This document shows, piece by piece, positions 38,973 through 48,782 of a DNA stretch of 64,000 bases. A program made the position numbers and the translations under genes. Source of the stretch: an uncultured Pirellula sp. (GTDB taxonomy: Bacteria; Planctomycetota; Planctomycetia; Pirellulales; PNKZ01); assembly GCA_964633125.1 (NCBI GenBank), contig CAZWDN010000001.1, positions 2,827 through 66,826 of the forward strand, written 5' to 3'. Each line of letters begins with the position of its first letter. The first letter of the stretch is position 1. The notes below the pieces were generated by a model, which saw nothing but the letters and a program-made list of their open reading frames with translations, was not told the DNA's origin and ran no database searches.

Positions 38973-39234
38973 AAGAACGTTCCTTAAGGATGTATTTAGG
39001 GAGTGGTTATTCTAACATGCCGTTGCGGCGAGACTCACGGGATGCAATTAGATTCGCGCACCCCGGCGTCGACACTTCAACGCCGGTAGATATCTCCATG
39101 AGCTACGCCGCTCGCATCTAGCGAGACGCCTTTGCAAAGATTATTCAATGAGCGAGTCGGCGGCGCGGAGTGCCGCCGTCGTCCGACGGTTTGTCGACAT
39201 GATGATTTCCGAAACCACGAAAAGGCGATCTCGG

Positions 39235-40521
39235 ATGTTGCGAGTCTTCTGCATCTGCTTGACGGCGTTCTCCTCATTAACGCCGGCCGTTCAGGCCGCG
39301 ACGATCATTCACGCCGCCCGACTCATCGACGGTCGTCGTGACGAGCCGCGCGAGAAAGTGTCGATCGTCGTCGCCGAAGGGCGTATTCAAAGCGTCGTCG
39401 ACGGCTACACGGAACCCGGCCCCGACGACAAGGTGATCCGTCTAACCGAGCACACCGTCATGCCGGGCCTGATGGATATGCACACACATTTGCAGTCGCA
39501 ACACTCGAAAGAAGCGTACACCGAGCGTTTCTTCATGGACGACGCCGACTACGCGCTGCGAGCCACGGTGTATGCTCGCGCCACGCTCATGGCCGGCTTC
39601 ACGACGGTGCGCGATCTGGGGGACAACGGCGCCACGACGATCGCCCTGCGCAGCGCAATCGAAAAGAAGTGGATTCCCGGACCGCGCATTTTCACCGCGG
39701 GCAAGTCGCTAGCGACGACCGGCGGCCATGCCGATCCGACGAATTCACTTAAAGGAGACTTTCGGCGAACGCCCGGTCCCGATGAAGGGGTCGTCAACGG
39801 CCCCGACGAGGCCCGCGCGGCGGTTCGCCAACGTTACAAAGACGGCGCCGACCTGATTAAAATCACCGCGACGGGCGGCGTGCTCAGCTTGGCCGCCAAT
39901 GGGCAAAACCCGCAGTTCAACGACGAAGAACTCCGCGCGATCGTGGAGACCGCCCACGACTACAAAATGATCGTCGCCGTGCATGCTCACGGCAGCGAAG
40001 GAATGAAGCGGGCCGTGTTGGCCGGGGTCGATACGATCGAGCACGGCACCTTCATGACCGACGAAATCATGACGCTCATGAAAGAGCGCGGCACGTACTG
40101 GGTGCCGACGAACATGGCCGGCGAATGGGTGGCGAAAAAGGCCGAAGAAGCCGGCTACTTCCCCGAGATCGTGCGCCCGAAGGCCGCGGCCATCGGCCCG
40201 CAAATGGCGGCGACCTTCGCGAAAGGTTACGCCGCGGGAGTGAAGATCGCGTTCGGCACCGATTCCGGCGTATCTCCCCATGGTGAGAATGCCCGCGAGT
40301 TCGAGTTGATGGTCGCCGGCGGCATGCCGCCGATGAAGGCGATTCAAGCGGCCACGCTCGAATGCGCACGACTGCTCAAGATCGACGACCGCCTCGGCAC
40401 GGTCGAAGAGAAGAAGATCGCCGATCTCGTCGCCGTAAAAGACGACCCGCTAGCCGACATTCGCCGCATGAAAGACGTCGTGTTCGTCATGAAAGACGGC
40501 GTCGTTTACAAAGGTCCGTAA
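39235..40521 (+). CDS. Amidohydrolase family metallo-hydrolase, secreted
   Basis: Start [21 protein letters not shown] (signal peptide). Metal ligands: LMDMHTHLQ (H-x-H), [16 protein letters not shown] and AFGTDSGV. Confidence 0.8.
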   Translation: MLRVFCICLTAFSSLTPAVQAATIIHAARLIDGRRDEPREKVSIVVAEGRIQSVVDGYTEPGPDDKVIRLTEHTVMPGLMDMHTHLQSQHSKEAYTERFFMDDADYALRATVYARATLMAGFTTVRDLGDNGATTIALRSAIEKKWIPGPRIFTAGKSLATTGGHADPTNSLKGDFRRTPGPDEGVVNGPDEARAAVRQRYKDGADLIKITATGGVLSLAANGQNPQFNDEELRAIVETAHDYKMIVAVHAHGSEGMKRAVLAGVDTIEHGTFMTDEIMTLMKERGTYWVPTNMAGEWVAKKAEEAGYFPEIVRPKAAAIGPQMAATFAKGYAAGVKIAFGTDSGVSPHGENAREFELMVAGGMPPMKAIQAATLECARLLKIDDRLGTVEEKKIADLVAVKDDPLADIRRMKDVVFVMKDGVVYKGP

Positions 40522-40610
40522 AGCAAACGTGCTCGGCGGATTGCCGTCCCCATTCCGGTCGTCATCCCCGGGCCTCGAATTCACGCCCCTCTTTCCAGAA
40601 GCTTGGATCC

Positions 40611-42740
40611 GTGATTCCATCAACTCGCTTCGTGATATCCTGCGTGGTCGCGTTGACGTTCCCGCTATATAGCGCCCGGGCGCCGGCGGAGTCGCTGCGA
40701 TTGCAATTGCGCGACCAAACACCCGTGGATCCGAACTCCGGCGCCTTTCGCATGCGATTACGCGACGAACAATGGGACCCGAAGTCGACCGCCGTCATCG
40801 TTTGCGACGTGTGGGACTATCACCATTGCCGCAATGCAGTCGACCGGTTGGAAGAATTCGGGCCGAGGCTGAACGAGGTCGTACGCCGCGCGCGCCAACT
40901 CGGCGCGACGATCATCCACGCCCCCAGCGATTGCATGCCGGCCTACGTCGATCATCCGGCACGGAAGCGAACTTTGTCCGTGCCGCGTGCGTCCAACCTG
41001 CCGGAAAACATCGACCTCTGGTGTTCGCTCGTGCCGGCGGAGCGAAACGCCGTGTACCCGATTGATCAGTCCGACGGCGGAGAAGACGACGATCCGGAAG
41101 TGCATGCGCGCTGGGCCGCGAAGCTGACGTCGCTCGGCCGCAATCCCGCGATGCCGTGGCAACGACAATCGGACCTGATCGAGATCGACGGCGCCGTCGA
41201 CTTCCTCAGCGACGACGGCGAAGAAGTGTGGGGCATTCTCGAAGCCCGCGGCATTCGCCACGTCGTTCTCACCGGCGTGCATCTCAACATGTGCGTGCTC
41301 GGACGTCCTTTCGGTCTGCGGCGCATGGTGCTCGGCGGCAAGCAGGTGGTGCTCATGCGCGACCTGACCGACACGATGTACGATCCGACCAGTTGGCCGT
41401 ACATTCATCATTTCACGGCAAACGATCGCCTGGTCGATCATGTCGAACGGCACGTCTGCCCGACGATCACCAGCGATCAATTGCTCGGGGGCAAACCGTT
41501 TCACTATGCCGCCGACCAGCGACCGCACTTGGCGATCGTCGTCGCCGAAGAGGGGTACGGCACGAAGGACACGCTGACGAAGTTCGCCGCCGATCAGCTC
41601 GGCCGCGACTTCCGTGTAAGCTTCGTCTACGGCGCCGCAAACGACGCACGCGAGTTGCCGGGCTTGGAACTGCTCGAAGAAGCCGACCTGGCGCTATTCA
41701 GCGTACGGCGGCACGTCCTCAAGCCGGAGAGAATGGCGATCGTACGGCGATTCATCGCGGCAGGCAAACCGGTGCTCGGCATCCGCACGGCGAGCCATGC
41801 GTTCGCACTGAACAAGCAATCGCCGCCGGCCGGTTACGAAGCGTGGCCGGAGTTCGACGTCGATGTTTTTGGCGGGCGATACGAAGGACATTCTACGACT
41901 AAGTCGGAGGCGGTCATGAGCCTCGCTCCGCAGGCGACCGACGACCCGCTGCTGAACGGCGTTCGTCGCGAGCCGCAACGTCGCCCCGGCGGACTTTACG
42001 GCTTCACCGCTCTATCTCCAGGCGCCAAGTTGCTCGTCGGCGGCGAACAAGACGGCGTCCGACAACCGATCGCTTGGACCTTCACGCGCCCCGACGGCGG
42101 CCGCTCCTTCTACACGTCGCTCGGCGAGCGACAGGACTTTGCAAACCAGGGCTTCGTGCAACTCTTGCGCAACGCCGTGTACGGGTCGGCGGGCCTGACG
42201 ATTCCCGCCGCGATTCCGACTCCATCGCCGCGACAAACGCTCGAGCGACATTGGGCCGCCGTCGCCGTGCCGGGAGCATTCGCCGCCGAAACGAAACAAG
42301 CTTTGCACGATTACCACGGCCCGATTTGGTTTCGTTGCGTCGTACGGGTGCCGAAAGCTTGGCGCGGCCAAACTGCCAAACTCGCGATCAGCAGCGCCGG
42401 TCGCGATGTTCGCGTCTGGTGGAACGGCGCACCAATAGGGGGCGAAACTGTAGCCGGCGACGGAGCAACGTTCCGCCACACGCACGGCGTGGACGCCGCG
42501 ACGCTCATAGCCGGCGACGCCAACCTCATCGTCGTGCGCGTCGGCGCGGCGACGGAGTCGGTCTTTCCGTCGGCTCCCCAACTCTCAGGGTCGCGGAATG
42601 ACGCCTCGATTTCGCTCGCAGGCCGTTGGCAATTCCGTATCGGTGACGATCCCACCTGGACGAACATGCCGCTCCCGGCGAAGTTCGGGACGTCGACCGA
42701 CATCGTCTTCGATCCGCAATTGGACGGTACACCTCGTTGA
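40611..42740 (+). CDS. Three-module secreted protein: isochorismatase-like + ThuA-like + galactose-binding-like domain
   Basis: GTG start gives the signal peptide (V)IPSTRFVISCVVALTFPLYSARA. The isochorismatase-like part has AVIVCDVWDYHHC and HVVLTGVHLNMCVLGRPF. The ThuA-like part has HLAIVVAEEGYG..ADLALFSVRR..PVLGIRTASHAF. The C-terminal jelly-roll-like part has IWFRCVVRVPKAWRGQ..VRVWWNGAPIGG. Confidence 0.6.
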   Translation: MIPSTRFVISCVVALTFPLYSARAPAESLRLQLRDQTPVDPNSGAFRMRLRDEQWDPKSTAVIVCDVWDYHHCRNAVDRLEEFGPRLNEVVRRARQLGATIIHAPSDCMPAYVDHPARKRTLSVPRASNLPENIDLWCSLVPAERNAVYPIDQSDGGEDDDPEVHARWAAKLTSLGRNPAMPWQRQSDLIEIDGAVDFLSDDGEEVWGILEARGIRHVVLTGVHLNMCVLGRPFGLRRMVLGGKQVVLMRDLTDTMYDPTSWPYIHHFTANDRLVDHVERHVCPTITSDQLLGGKPFHYAADQRPHLAIVVAEEGYGTKDTLTKFAADQLGRDFRVSFVYGAANDARELPGLELLEEADLALFSVRRHVLKPERMAIVRRFIAAGKPVLGIRTASHAFALNKQSPPAGYEAWPEFDVDVFGGRYEGHSTTKSEAVMSLAPQATDDPLLNGVRREPQRRPGGLYGFTALSPGAKLLVGGEQDGVRQPIAWTFTRPDGGRSFYTSLGERQDFANQGFVQLLRNAVYGSAGLTIPAAIPTPSPRQTLERHWAAVAVPGAFAAETKQALHDYHGPIWFRCVVRVPKAWRGQTAKLAISSAGRDVRVWWNGAPIGGETVAGDGATFRHTHGVDAATLIAGDANLIVVRVGAATESVFPSAPQLSGSRNDASISLAGRWQFRIGDDPTWTNMPLPAKFGTSTDIVFDPQLDGTPR

Positions 42741-42825
42741 TCGATGCGTGGTTGGATTGCAGATCCGATGCGATGCTTATGACGACCGATATCCGAAGGT
42801 TCACCTTCACTTCAGAATTACTGTT

Positions 42826-43923
42826 ATGAATCAGTCTCGTCGAACTATCGCGGAATGGCCCGCTATGCATCGGGCATTGATGTTCATCGTTTGCATCGCA
42901 ATCACCGATCCCGTATCGAACGCGGCGGAACCGGCGTCGCGAACCGGAGGGCCTGAACAAAGCGCGACGAAGCTCCCTAGAATTCGCGACCCGAGGCTCG
43001 TGCCGCTTCCCGATGTTGCGCCGGCTCCGGCGGACAACCCGACGACTCCGGAAAAGGCGGCGCTCGGCAAGCAATTGTTTTTCGATCCACGGTTGTCGGG
43101 CAACAACACGATGAGCTGCGCTTCGTGTCACAAGCCGGACCGCTGGTTCGCCGACGGCGTCGAATGGAACAAGGGAGAAACCGGAATCACCCTGGTCCGT
43201 AATACCCAGTCGTGCCTGAACACCGGCTTTTACTCAAGCCTGTTTTGGGACGGCCGGGCCGCGACGTTGGAAGACCAGGCCCTCGGACCGATTGAATCGG
43301 AAATCGAGATGAATCAGAGTCTCGATCAATTGGAAGAGGAGCTCCGACGCATTCCGGGATACGTTCTTCAGTTTCAGAGCGTGTTCGGAGCCAAGCCGAA
43401 TCGTCGAGATATTGCGAAAGCTTTGGCGGCGTACCAGCGAACGCTGATCACGGGACCATCGCCCTACGATCGATACCTTCGCGGCGACGACGATGCGCTT
43501 TCCGAGGATGCGAAGCGGGGGTTGGCGCTGTTCGCGGGCGAAGCGAAATGCATCCAATGTCACAACGGCCCGAACTTGAGCGACGGCAAATACTATCGCA
43601 CGGGCGCCTCCGAAGTAGACGAAGGGCGGTTCAAGCTCACCGGCAAATCGGACGATCGATTCCGATTTAGAACGCCGTCGTTGCGAAACGTCGCAGAGAC
43701 GGGCCCGTACATGCATCACGGATTCTTCGTCTCGCTCGACGTCGTATTGGCCTTCTACTACAACAGCGGCGCCGCGACTACGTCGTACAACTTACCGCTC
43801 GATGCGCCGGACCTTAGCGCGCGACCGATTTCCGACGTCAAATATTTGGCGGCCTTCCTCGAATCGCTTACCGGCACGCCGCCGGACTTCACGCCGCCTG
43901 AATTGCCGCCGTCGGCGCCGTAG
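42826..43923 (+). CDS. Di-heme cytochrome c peroxidase (CCP/MauG family)
   Basis: Start MNQSRRTI. Two heme motifs, CASCH and CIQCH. Contains LGKQLFFDPRLSGN, FWDGRA and TPSLRNVAETGPYMHHG. Confidence 0.85.
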   Translation: MNQSRRTIAEWPAMHRALMFIVCIAITDPVSNAAEPASRTGGPEQSATKLPRIRDPRLVPLPDVAPAPADNPTTPEKAALGKQLFFDPRLSGNNTMSCASCHKPDRWFADGVEWNKGETGITLVRNTQSCLNTGFYSSLFWDGRAATLEDQALGPIESEIEMNQSLDQLEEELRRIPGYVLQFQSVFGAKPNRRDIAKALAAYQRTLITGPSPYDRYLRGDDDALSEDAKRGLALFAGEAKCIQCHNGPNLSDGKYYRTGASEVDEGRFKLTGKSDDRFRFRTPSLRNVAETGPYMHHGFFVSLDVVLAFYYNSGAATTSYNLPLDAPDLSARPISDVKYLAAFLESLTGTPPDFTPPELPPSAP

Positions 43924-43958
43924 CCCCGACAGCCGCGCAACCCGCGGTCGGTCGGGGG

Positions 43959-44825
43959 TCAACCGCCGGCTAGTTCGAGTTCGGCGAAGACCGGTCGATG
44001 GTCCGAAGCCGTCTCTTCGGGAACGACGCGCGCTTCCTTGAGGCGGAAGTCCGCGGCGCCCCGATAGAAGATGTAGTCGATCCGCGAGGTTGGGTTCACG
44101 ACGGGCACGGTCGGCGACGGCGGATCGTCGCCCGCATAGACCCAATGCCGCCGCAGGATGCGGATGGGCTCCTCGTCGGGCTTCGCATTCATGTCGCCGG
44201 CGAGAATCGTACGCAGGCCGTCTCCGTCGGCGGCAAAAAGTCCGTTGATCGCTTCGGCTTCGGCCGTTCGATCCTCGGGCACGTTGTGCTGGAAGTGCGT
44301 GCTGACGAAGCGCAGCGGCTTTCCGTCGGGTCCGACAACGGTGACGGCGATGGCGCCGCGCGGATAGGTCTGTAATTTCGGCGCGGCCTCGGTGTAGGGA
44401 AGAGGATGAATCTCCACATCGAGAATCGGCAAGCCGGTCAGTACGGCGTTCCCGAACAAGCCTCCTTCGTAGTGTTGAGTGGGGCCGAAGCGGCCGGCCA
44501 TGCCGGTTAGCTCCGCGAGGCGGCGCACTTCATGGACGCGGGCCGAACGCTTCACGCCGACGTCGACTTCCTGGAGGGCGACAAGATCGGGCTTCGCGGC
44601 CTTGATGACTTCGGCGATGCGGCCGACGTCGTATTTTCCGTCCATTCCCAGCGCCCAATGGATGTTGTAGCAGAGCACGCGAACCGAGGCGGCGTGGCCT
44701 CCCGCCGAGTGAACCGCCGAGCGGGCGACCGAGGTCGATGGAACGGCCGCGGCGACGAGCGCGGCACGAGTTAAGAAGCGACGACGGGACAACGGATGCG
44801 GCGCGGGAGCGGTGCGCTCGGTCAT
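43959..44825 (-). CDS. Endonuclease/exonuclease/phosphatase (EEP) family protein, Tat signal
   Basis: Start MTERTAPAPHPLSRRRFLTRAAL. Contains RVLCYNIHW, VALQEVD, LAGDMNA and ASDHRPV. Confidence 0.75.
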   Translation of the reverse strand: MTERTAPAPHPLSRRRFLTRAALVAAAVPSTSVARSAVHSAGGHAASVRVLCYNIHWALGMDGKYDVGRIAEVIKAAKPDLVALQEVDVGVKRSARVHEVRRLAELTGMAGRFGPTQHYEGGLFGNAVLTGLPILDVEIHPLPYTEAAPKLQTYPRGAIAVTVVGPDGKPLRFVSTHFQHNVPEDRTAEAEAINGLFAADGDGLRTILAGDMNAKPDEEPIRILRRHWVYAGDDPPSPTVPVVNPTSRIDYIFYRGAADFRLKEARVVPEETASDHRPVFAELELAGG

Positions 44826-45063
44826 GGCAATGATTTCTTCACGGGGACAAGGTCGTAAGTCACAGGGGCGCATCACCGGGCATGATCGCTCACTTTAGTT
44901 TCTATCGTGAGGTGCGGCGCGGCTCAACGCGATTGCTCAAAAAAGTCGGCTGAACGTTTGTGAGTTTACCCAAGCCTTCCGCCTGTTTACACTCGACCTC
45001 GCTGCAACCGGTCTGCCGTCCGGTCGAGAAGGTCTTCACACTCCGAATACTCCAGGTAGTCCG

Positions 45064-46428
45064 ATGAAATACCTCGCCACGTTGTTCACGGGGTTACTTT
45101 TTACGTTCACGGCGTCGACCGCGTCGGCCGAGCCGGGGCCTTACGACGTCTTTCCGCCGGCGGATCCGCCGTATTACCGGGTTCGATACGCGGCTTCGAC
45201 GACGCCCGGCGAACTCATCTTCCCCGTCAACTACACGATTTGGATTCCCGAGGGCGTGAAGTCGCTACGCGGCGTGATCGTGCATCAACACGGCTGCGGA
45301 GAGGGATCGTGCAAGTCCGGCCTGACCGGCGCTTACGACCTGCATTGGCAGGCGCTGGCGAAGAAGCACGATTGCGCGCTGTTGGCTCCGTCGTACGAAC
45401 AACCGCAAGCGGCCGATTGCCAAATGTGGTGCGACCCGCGCAACGGCTCCAGTGCCGCGTTTCAGAAATGCTTGGTCGACCTCGGCGCGAAATCGGGCCA
45501 TCCGGAATTGGCCAAGGTACCGTGGGCGTTGTGGGGACACAGCGGCGGCGGTCATTGGGCCGGCGGCATGGTGCTGCTGCACCCGGAGCGCGTCGCCGCC
45601 GCGTGGTTGCGTTCGGGCGTGCCGTTGTTGAAGCCGAACCCGGAGCGTCCCACGATCAAGGCGCACACCCTATCTGAAGCAGCGCTGCTGGTGCCGATCA
45701 TGTGCAACCCAGGTACGAAAGAAGGGGTCACCGTCAAAGACGGTCGCTTCGCGGGAGTTTGGCCGGCGAATGAAGAGTTCTTCACCGAAGTGCGTTCTAA
45801 GGGGGGCCTCGTCAGCGTGGCCGTCGATCCGCTGACGGCCCACGAGTGCGGCAACCAGCGTTACTTCGCCATTCCTTGGCTCGACGCCTGCCTGAGCGCG
45901 CGGTTACCGAAGATTGCCGGTGATTCGCTGACCGCGATGCCCACCGACGACGTTTGGCTCGCGCCCATCACCGGAACCGAAGCCGTCGCCGCCGGGAAGT
46001 TTTCCGCCGATCCGCTCAAGGCCGCCTGGCTGCCGAACGAAGCCGTCGCTCGGCTGTGGATGCAATACGTCCGCGATACCGCGGTCGCCGACGTCACGCC
46101 GCCCCCCGCGCCGACGAACGTGCGTCTGAGCGGCAATGAACTGAGTTGGAAAGTCGAAGCCGATCTGGAGAGCGGCCTCGCCGGCTTCGTCATCGAGCGC
46201 GACGGCGAGTTCCTGGCGAACATTCCCGAACAAGGCAAGAACCCGTTCGGTCGCCCGCTCTTTCAGAACCTGCAATACAGCGACACGCCGACGCAACCGC
46301 TCGTGCCGCTCCAATTCACCGACGCGCAAGCCCGGTCCGGCGCGAAGCACGTCTATCGCGTGATCGCCGTGAATACCGCGGGCCTGAAATCGCAGCCTAG
46401 CGACAACTCCGTCGCCGGGGAGAAGTGA
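45064..46428 (+). CDS. Secreted alpha/beta-hydrolase-like esterase with C-terminal FN3-like domain
   Basis: Signal peptide [22 protein letters not shown]. Nucleophile elbow [11 protein letters not shown]. The C-terminal region is [32 protein letters not shown]. Confidence 0.6.
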   Translation: MKYLATLFTGLLFTFTASTASAEPGPYDVFPPADPPYYRVRYAASTTPGELIFPVNYTIWIPEGVKSLRGVIVHQHGCGEGSCKSGLTGAYDLHWQALAKKHDCALLAPSYEQPQAADCQMWCDPRNGSSAAFQKCLVDLGAKSGHPELAKVPWALWGHSGGGHWAGGMVLLHPERVAAAWLRSGVPLLKPNPERPTIKAHTLSEAALLVPIMCNPGTKEGVTVKDGRFAGVWPANEEFFTEVRSKGGLVSVAVDPLTAHECGNQRYFAIPWLDACLSARLPKIAGDSLTAMPTDDVWLAPITGTEAVAAGKFSADPLKAAWLPNEAVARLWMQYVRDTAVADVTPPPAPTNVRLSGNELSWKVEADLESGLAGFVIERDGEFLANIPEQGKNPFGRPLFQNLQYSDTPTQPLVPLQFTDAQARSGAKHVYRVIAVNTAGLKSQPSDNSVAGEK

Positions 46429-46429
46429 C

Positions 46430-47011
46430 CTACGCCGATGCGACCGCGGCGGCTTGAGCCTCGTCGACCGGCACGGCCGCCGTCGATTCGTCGACCGGCC
46501 GGGCGTTCTCCGCGGCGGCGCCGCCGTCTACCGTCGTTTGCGTTGCAGGCCGGGAAACTTCCACGAGCCCCACTTGAACGCACACCGGCCCGATTTCGGA
46601 TTCGAACGGAATTCCGATCGGCGGTGCGCCCGAGGGAAACGTGATGGTTTGGCATTTCCCGGTGATCACCGTCGGCAGGCCGACGGCAAGCGAATACTGC
46701 TCCAACTGCGCCTTGGCGGCGCCGGCGATCATGTTGGTGATTTCTCCGATGGCGTCCATGACGTCGGCATTAAGACCGTCGGGCCGGCAACTGAGCATGA
46801 TTTCCGCGGCGCGAATCGCCGTTTCGCGCCCGACGCTGACGACGACCATGCCGCGGCAGGTACCGCTGAGCCCGATCAGACCGCTGACTTCGTGCATCGG
46901 GGTATGCTCGCGCTTGACCACGAGCGGCCGGCGCACGAGTTCGCACGAAAGCATCACGCGAAACACGTCGAGCGTCGCCGACACGAACGGATTGATGAAC
47001 TCCACGCGCAT
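46430..47011 (-). CDS. cheX: CheX/CheC-family CheY-P phosphatase with disordered C-terminal tail
   Basis: 193 aa. Contains INPFVSATLDVFRVML and the phosphatase-type D-x3-E-x2-N motif DAIGEITNMIAGAAK followed by ..GLPTV. It is the last gene of the che operon. Confidence 0.7.
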   Translation of the reverse strand: MRVEFINPFVSATLDVFRVMLSCELVRRPLVVKREHTPMHEVSGLIGLSGTCRGMVVVSVGRETAIRAAEIMLSCRPDGLNADVMDAIGEITNMIAGAAKAQLEQYSLAVGLPTVITGKCQTITFPSGAPPIGIPFESEIGPVCVQVGLVEVSRPATQTTVDGGAAAENARPVDESTAAVPVDEAQAAAVASA

Positions 47012-47041
47012 TTCCGGTCCTCACAAGACAAGACACGGCCG

Positions 47042-47407
47042 CTATACGGCGACGAACTTACCGAGCTTTTCCCGCAGCGTATCGGCCGTAAACGGCTTCA
47101 CCAGGTAGTCCGACACGCCGGCTTGGATCGCCTCGACGACGCGCGACTTCTCCGCCTCGGTGGTGACCATGAAGATCGGCGTCGAGGAGCCGCCGGCGCG
47201 GATGTCGCGCGTGAGGTCGATGCCCGACTTGTTGGGCATGTTCCAGTCGGTGAGCACCAAATCAAACGCCTGCTGTTGGAAGGCGGCGAGTCCTTCCGCG
47301 CCGTCGCCCGCTTCCACGATGTCGGTGAAGCCGGCGCCGTTCAAGGCGCGACAAATGATCTTGCGCATGGTGCCCGAATCGTCGACCACCAGTACTTTGC
47401 CGCTCAT
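47042..47407 (-). CDS. cheY: Chemotaxis response regulator CheY
   Basis: Start MSGKVLVVDDSGTMRK. Phospho-acceptor region DLVLTDWNMPNKSG, plus MVTTE and YLVKPF. 121 aa, single REC domain. Confidence 0.85.
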   Translation of the reverse strand: MSGKVLVVDDSGTMRKIICRALNGAGFTDIVEAGDGAEGLAAFQQQAFDLVLTDWNMPNKSGIDLTRDIRAGGSSTPIFMVTTEAEKSRVVEAIQAGVSDYLVKPFTADTLREKLGKFVAV

Positions 47408-47483
47408 AATCCGTCTCCATCGTTCGCGGATAAAAATTCCCAGGACTTCAAAAGTCGCCTTGCGCGTGAAGCGCGTCCGACCG

Positions 47484-47936
47484 CTATTCGACTCGGCGCG
47501 CGAAGAGGCGCGTACGCAGTAATCCCGCTTCACACGCCATGACGACGTCTTCCGATAATTCGGCGTCGCGCACCTGCAGGTAAAACTCGCGGCCGGCGAC
47601 GATCGTGGGGAGCGACAAGTACGACGGGGCCGGGAGCAGGCTCTTCAGGTTGCCGCCGATCATATTGGCGAGTTCCACGGCCACTTCCTGGCGATCGGTT
47701 TCCGTGACCTCGGATTCGGCGATCCCCAGCATCGCGGCGGTCGCTTGCAGGGCGACTTCCGGCGACAAGCTCAACACGACGCTCCCGGTCCAAGCTCCGG
47801 CAATATGCACCGTGGCGAACAGCGACTCATGATCGGGGCCCGGCGAAGCCTCGGTGCGAAACAAGTCGAGATTCAGCATGGTCGAGAAAACCGATTGAAC
47901 GATTTGCTCGATTACGTTTTCGTAGGTCGTGGTCAT
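47484..47936 (-). CDS. cheX: CheX-like CheY-P phosphatase
   Basis: 150 aa. Contains VIEQIVQSVFSTML and an E-x2-N motif in QEVAVELANMIGGNLK followed by ..SLPTIVAG. Confidence 0.65.
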   Translation of the reverse strand: MTTTYENVIEQIVQSVFSTMLNLDLFRTEASPGPDHESLFATVHIAGAWTGSVVLSLSPEVALQATAAMLGIAESEVTETDRQEVAVELANMIGGNLKSLLPAPSYLSLPTIVAGREFYLQVRDAELSEDVVMACEAGLLRTRLFARRVE

Positions 47937-47951
47937 CGGGGATCCTCGCCG

Positions 47952-48782
47952 TTACTTGAGACGGTAAAAGACGCTGTTGTTGATTTGAATGCGTTCGAAC
48001 ATCGCATCGAGGCCCATCGTCGTCTCGGCGGCGCCGAGAAACAGCACCGCATGGGGCGCCATGTTTTTGCGGATCTTCTCCAAGATCATCTTCTTCACGG
48101 CGGGGTTGAAGTAGATCAGCACGTTGCGCAGAAACACGACGTCCATCGTCGGCAGCGCCGGCCACGGCTCGATGAGGTTGAGCTTGATGAAGCGCGCCAG
48201 ATTGCGGATTTGCGGAACCAGCTCCCAGTGCATGCCTTCGCGCCGGAAATACTTGGTCAGCAGCGCGGCGGGCAGACCGCGATTGATTTCGATCTGCGAG
48301 AACCGCGCGGCGCGCGCCTTCTCCAGCACGTCGTCCGAGAGGTCCGTGCCGAGGATTTGCGTTTTCCAACCGGCCAATTCCGGGAACTGCTCGCTCAGCA
48401 GCATGGCGATCGAGTAGGCCTCTTGCCCGGTGGAGCAAGCCGCCGACCAGATGTTGAGCGTGCGCTGCGACGCGCGGATCTTGAGCACTTCGGGAATGAT
48501 CGTCGAACGGAGCGCGTCGAAAGGATGTGCGTCGCGATAGAAGCTGGTCTCGTTCGTCGTCATCGCCTCGACGACCTGCTGCTGCACGAGCGGATCGATC
48601 TTCGCTTGCAGCTTGCCGATCAGTTCGGCGGTCGACGTCAGACCGCAGCGGCGCGCTACGGGGCTCAAGCGCGCCTCGATCAAATAGGCCTTCGCCGCGT
48701 CGAGTTCGATCGCCGAGCGTTGCCGCACGATCGTGCAGACGTACGAAATGGCCTCGGGCGTCAGGGTTGTCGCGCTCATCAT
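47952..48782 (-). CDS. cheR: Chemotaxis protein methyltransferase CheR
   Basis: 276 aa. Contains TNETSFYRDAHPF, the SAM site IWSAACSTGQEAYSIAM, and VVFLRNVLIYF. It overlaps the cheB stop by 4 nt. Confidence 0.85.
   Translation of the reverse strand: MMSATTLTPEAISYVCTIVRQRSAIELDAAKAYLIEARLSPVARRCGLTSTAELIGKLQAKIDPLVQQQVVEAMTTNETSFYRDAHPFDALRSTIIPEVLKIRASQRTLNIWSAACSTGQEAYSIAMLLSEQFPELAGWKTQILGTDLSDDVLEKARAARFSQIEINRGLPAALLTKYFRREGMHWELVPQIRNLARFIKLNLIEPWPALPTMDVVFLRNVLIYFNPAVKKMILEKIRKNMAPHAVLFLGAAETTMGLDAMFERIQINNSVFYRLK

Noticed and set aside
43924-43962. Imperfect GC-rich hairpin (CCCCGAC..CCGCG / CGCGG..GTCGGGG) between the convergent peroxidase and EEP genes.
   Set aside because: It is bulged, overlaps the EEP stop codon and has no U-tract on either strand. 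That is too weak to annotate as a terminator.
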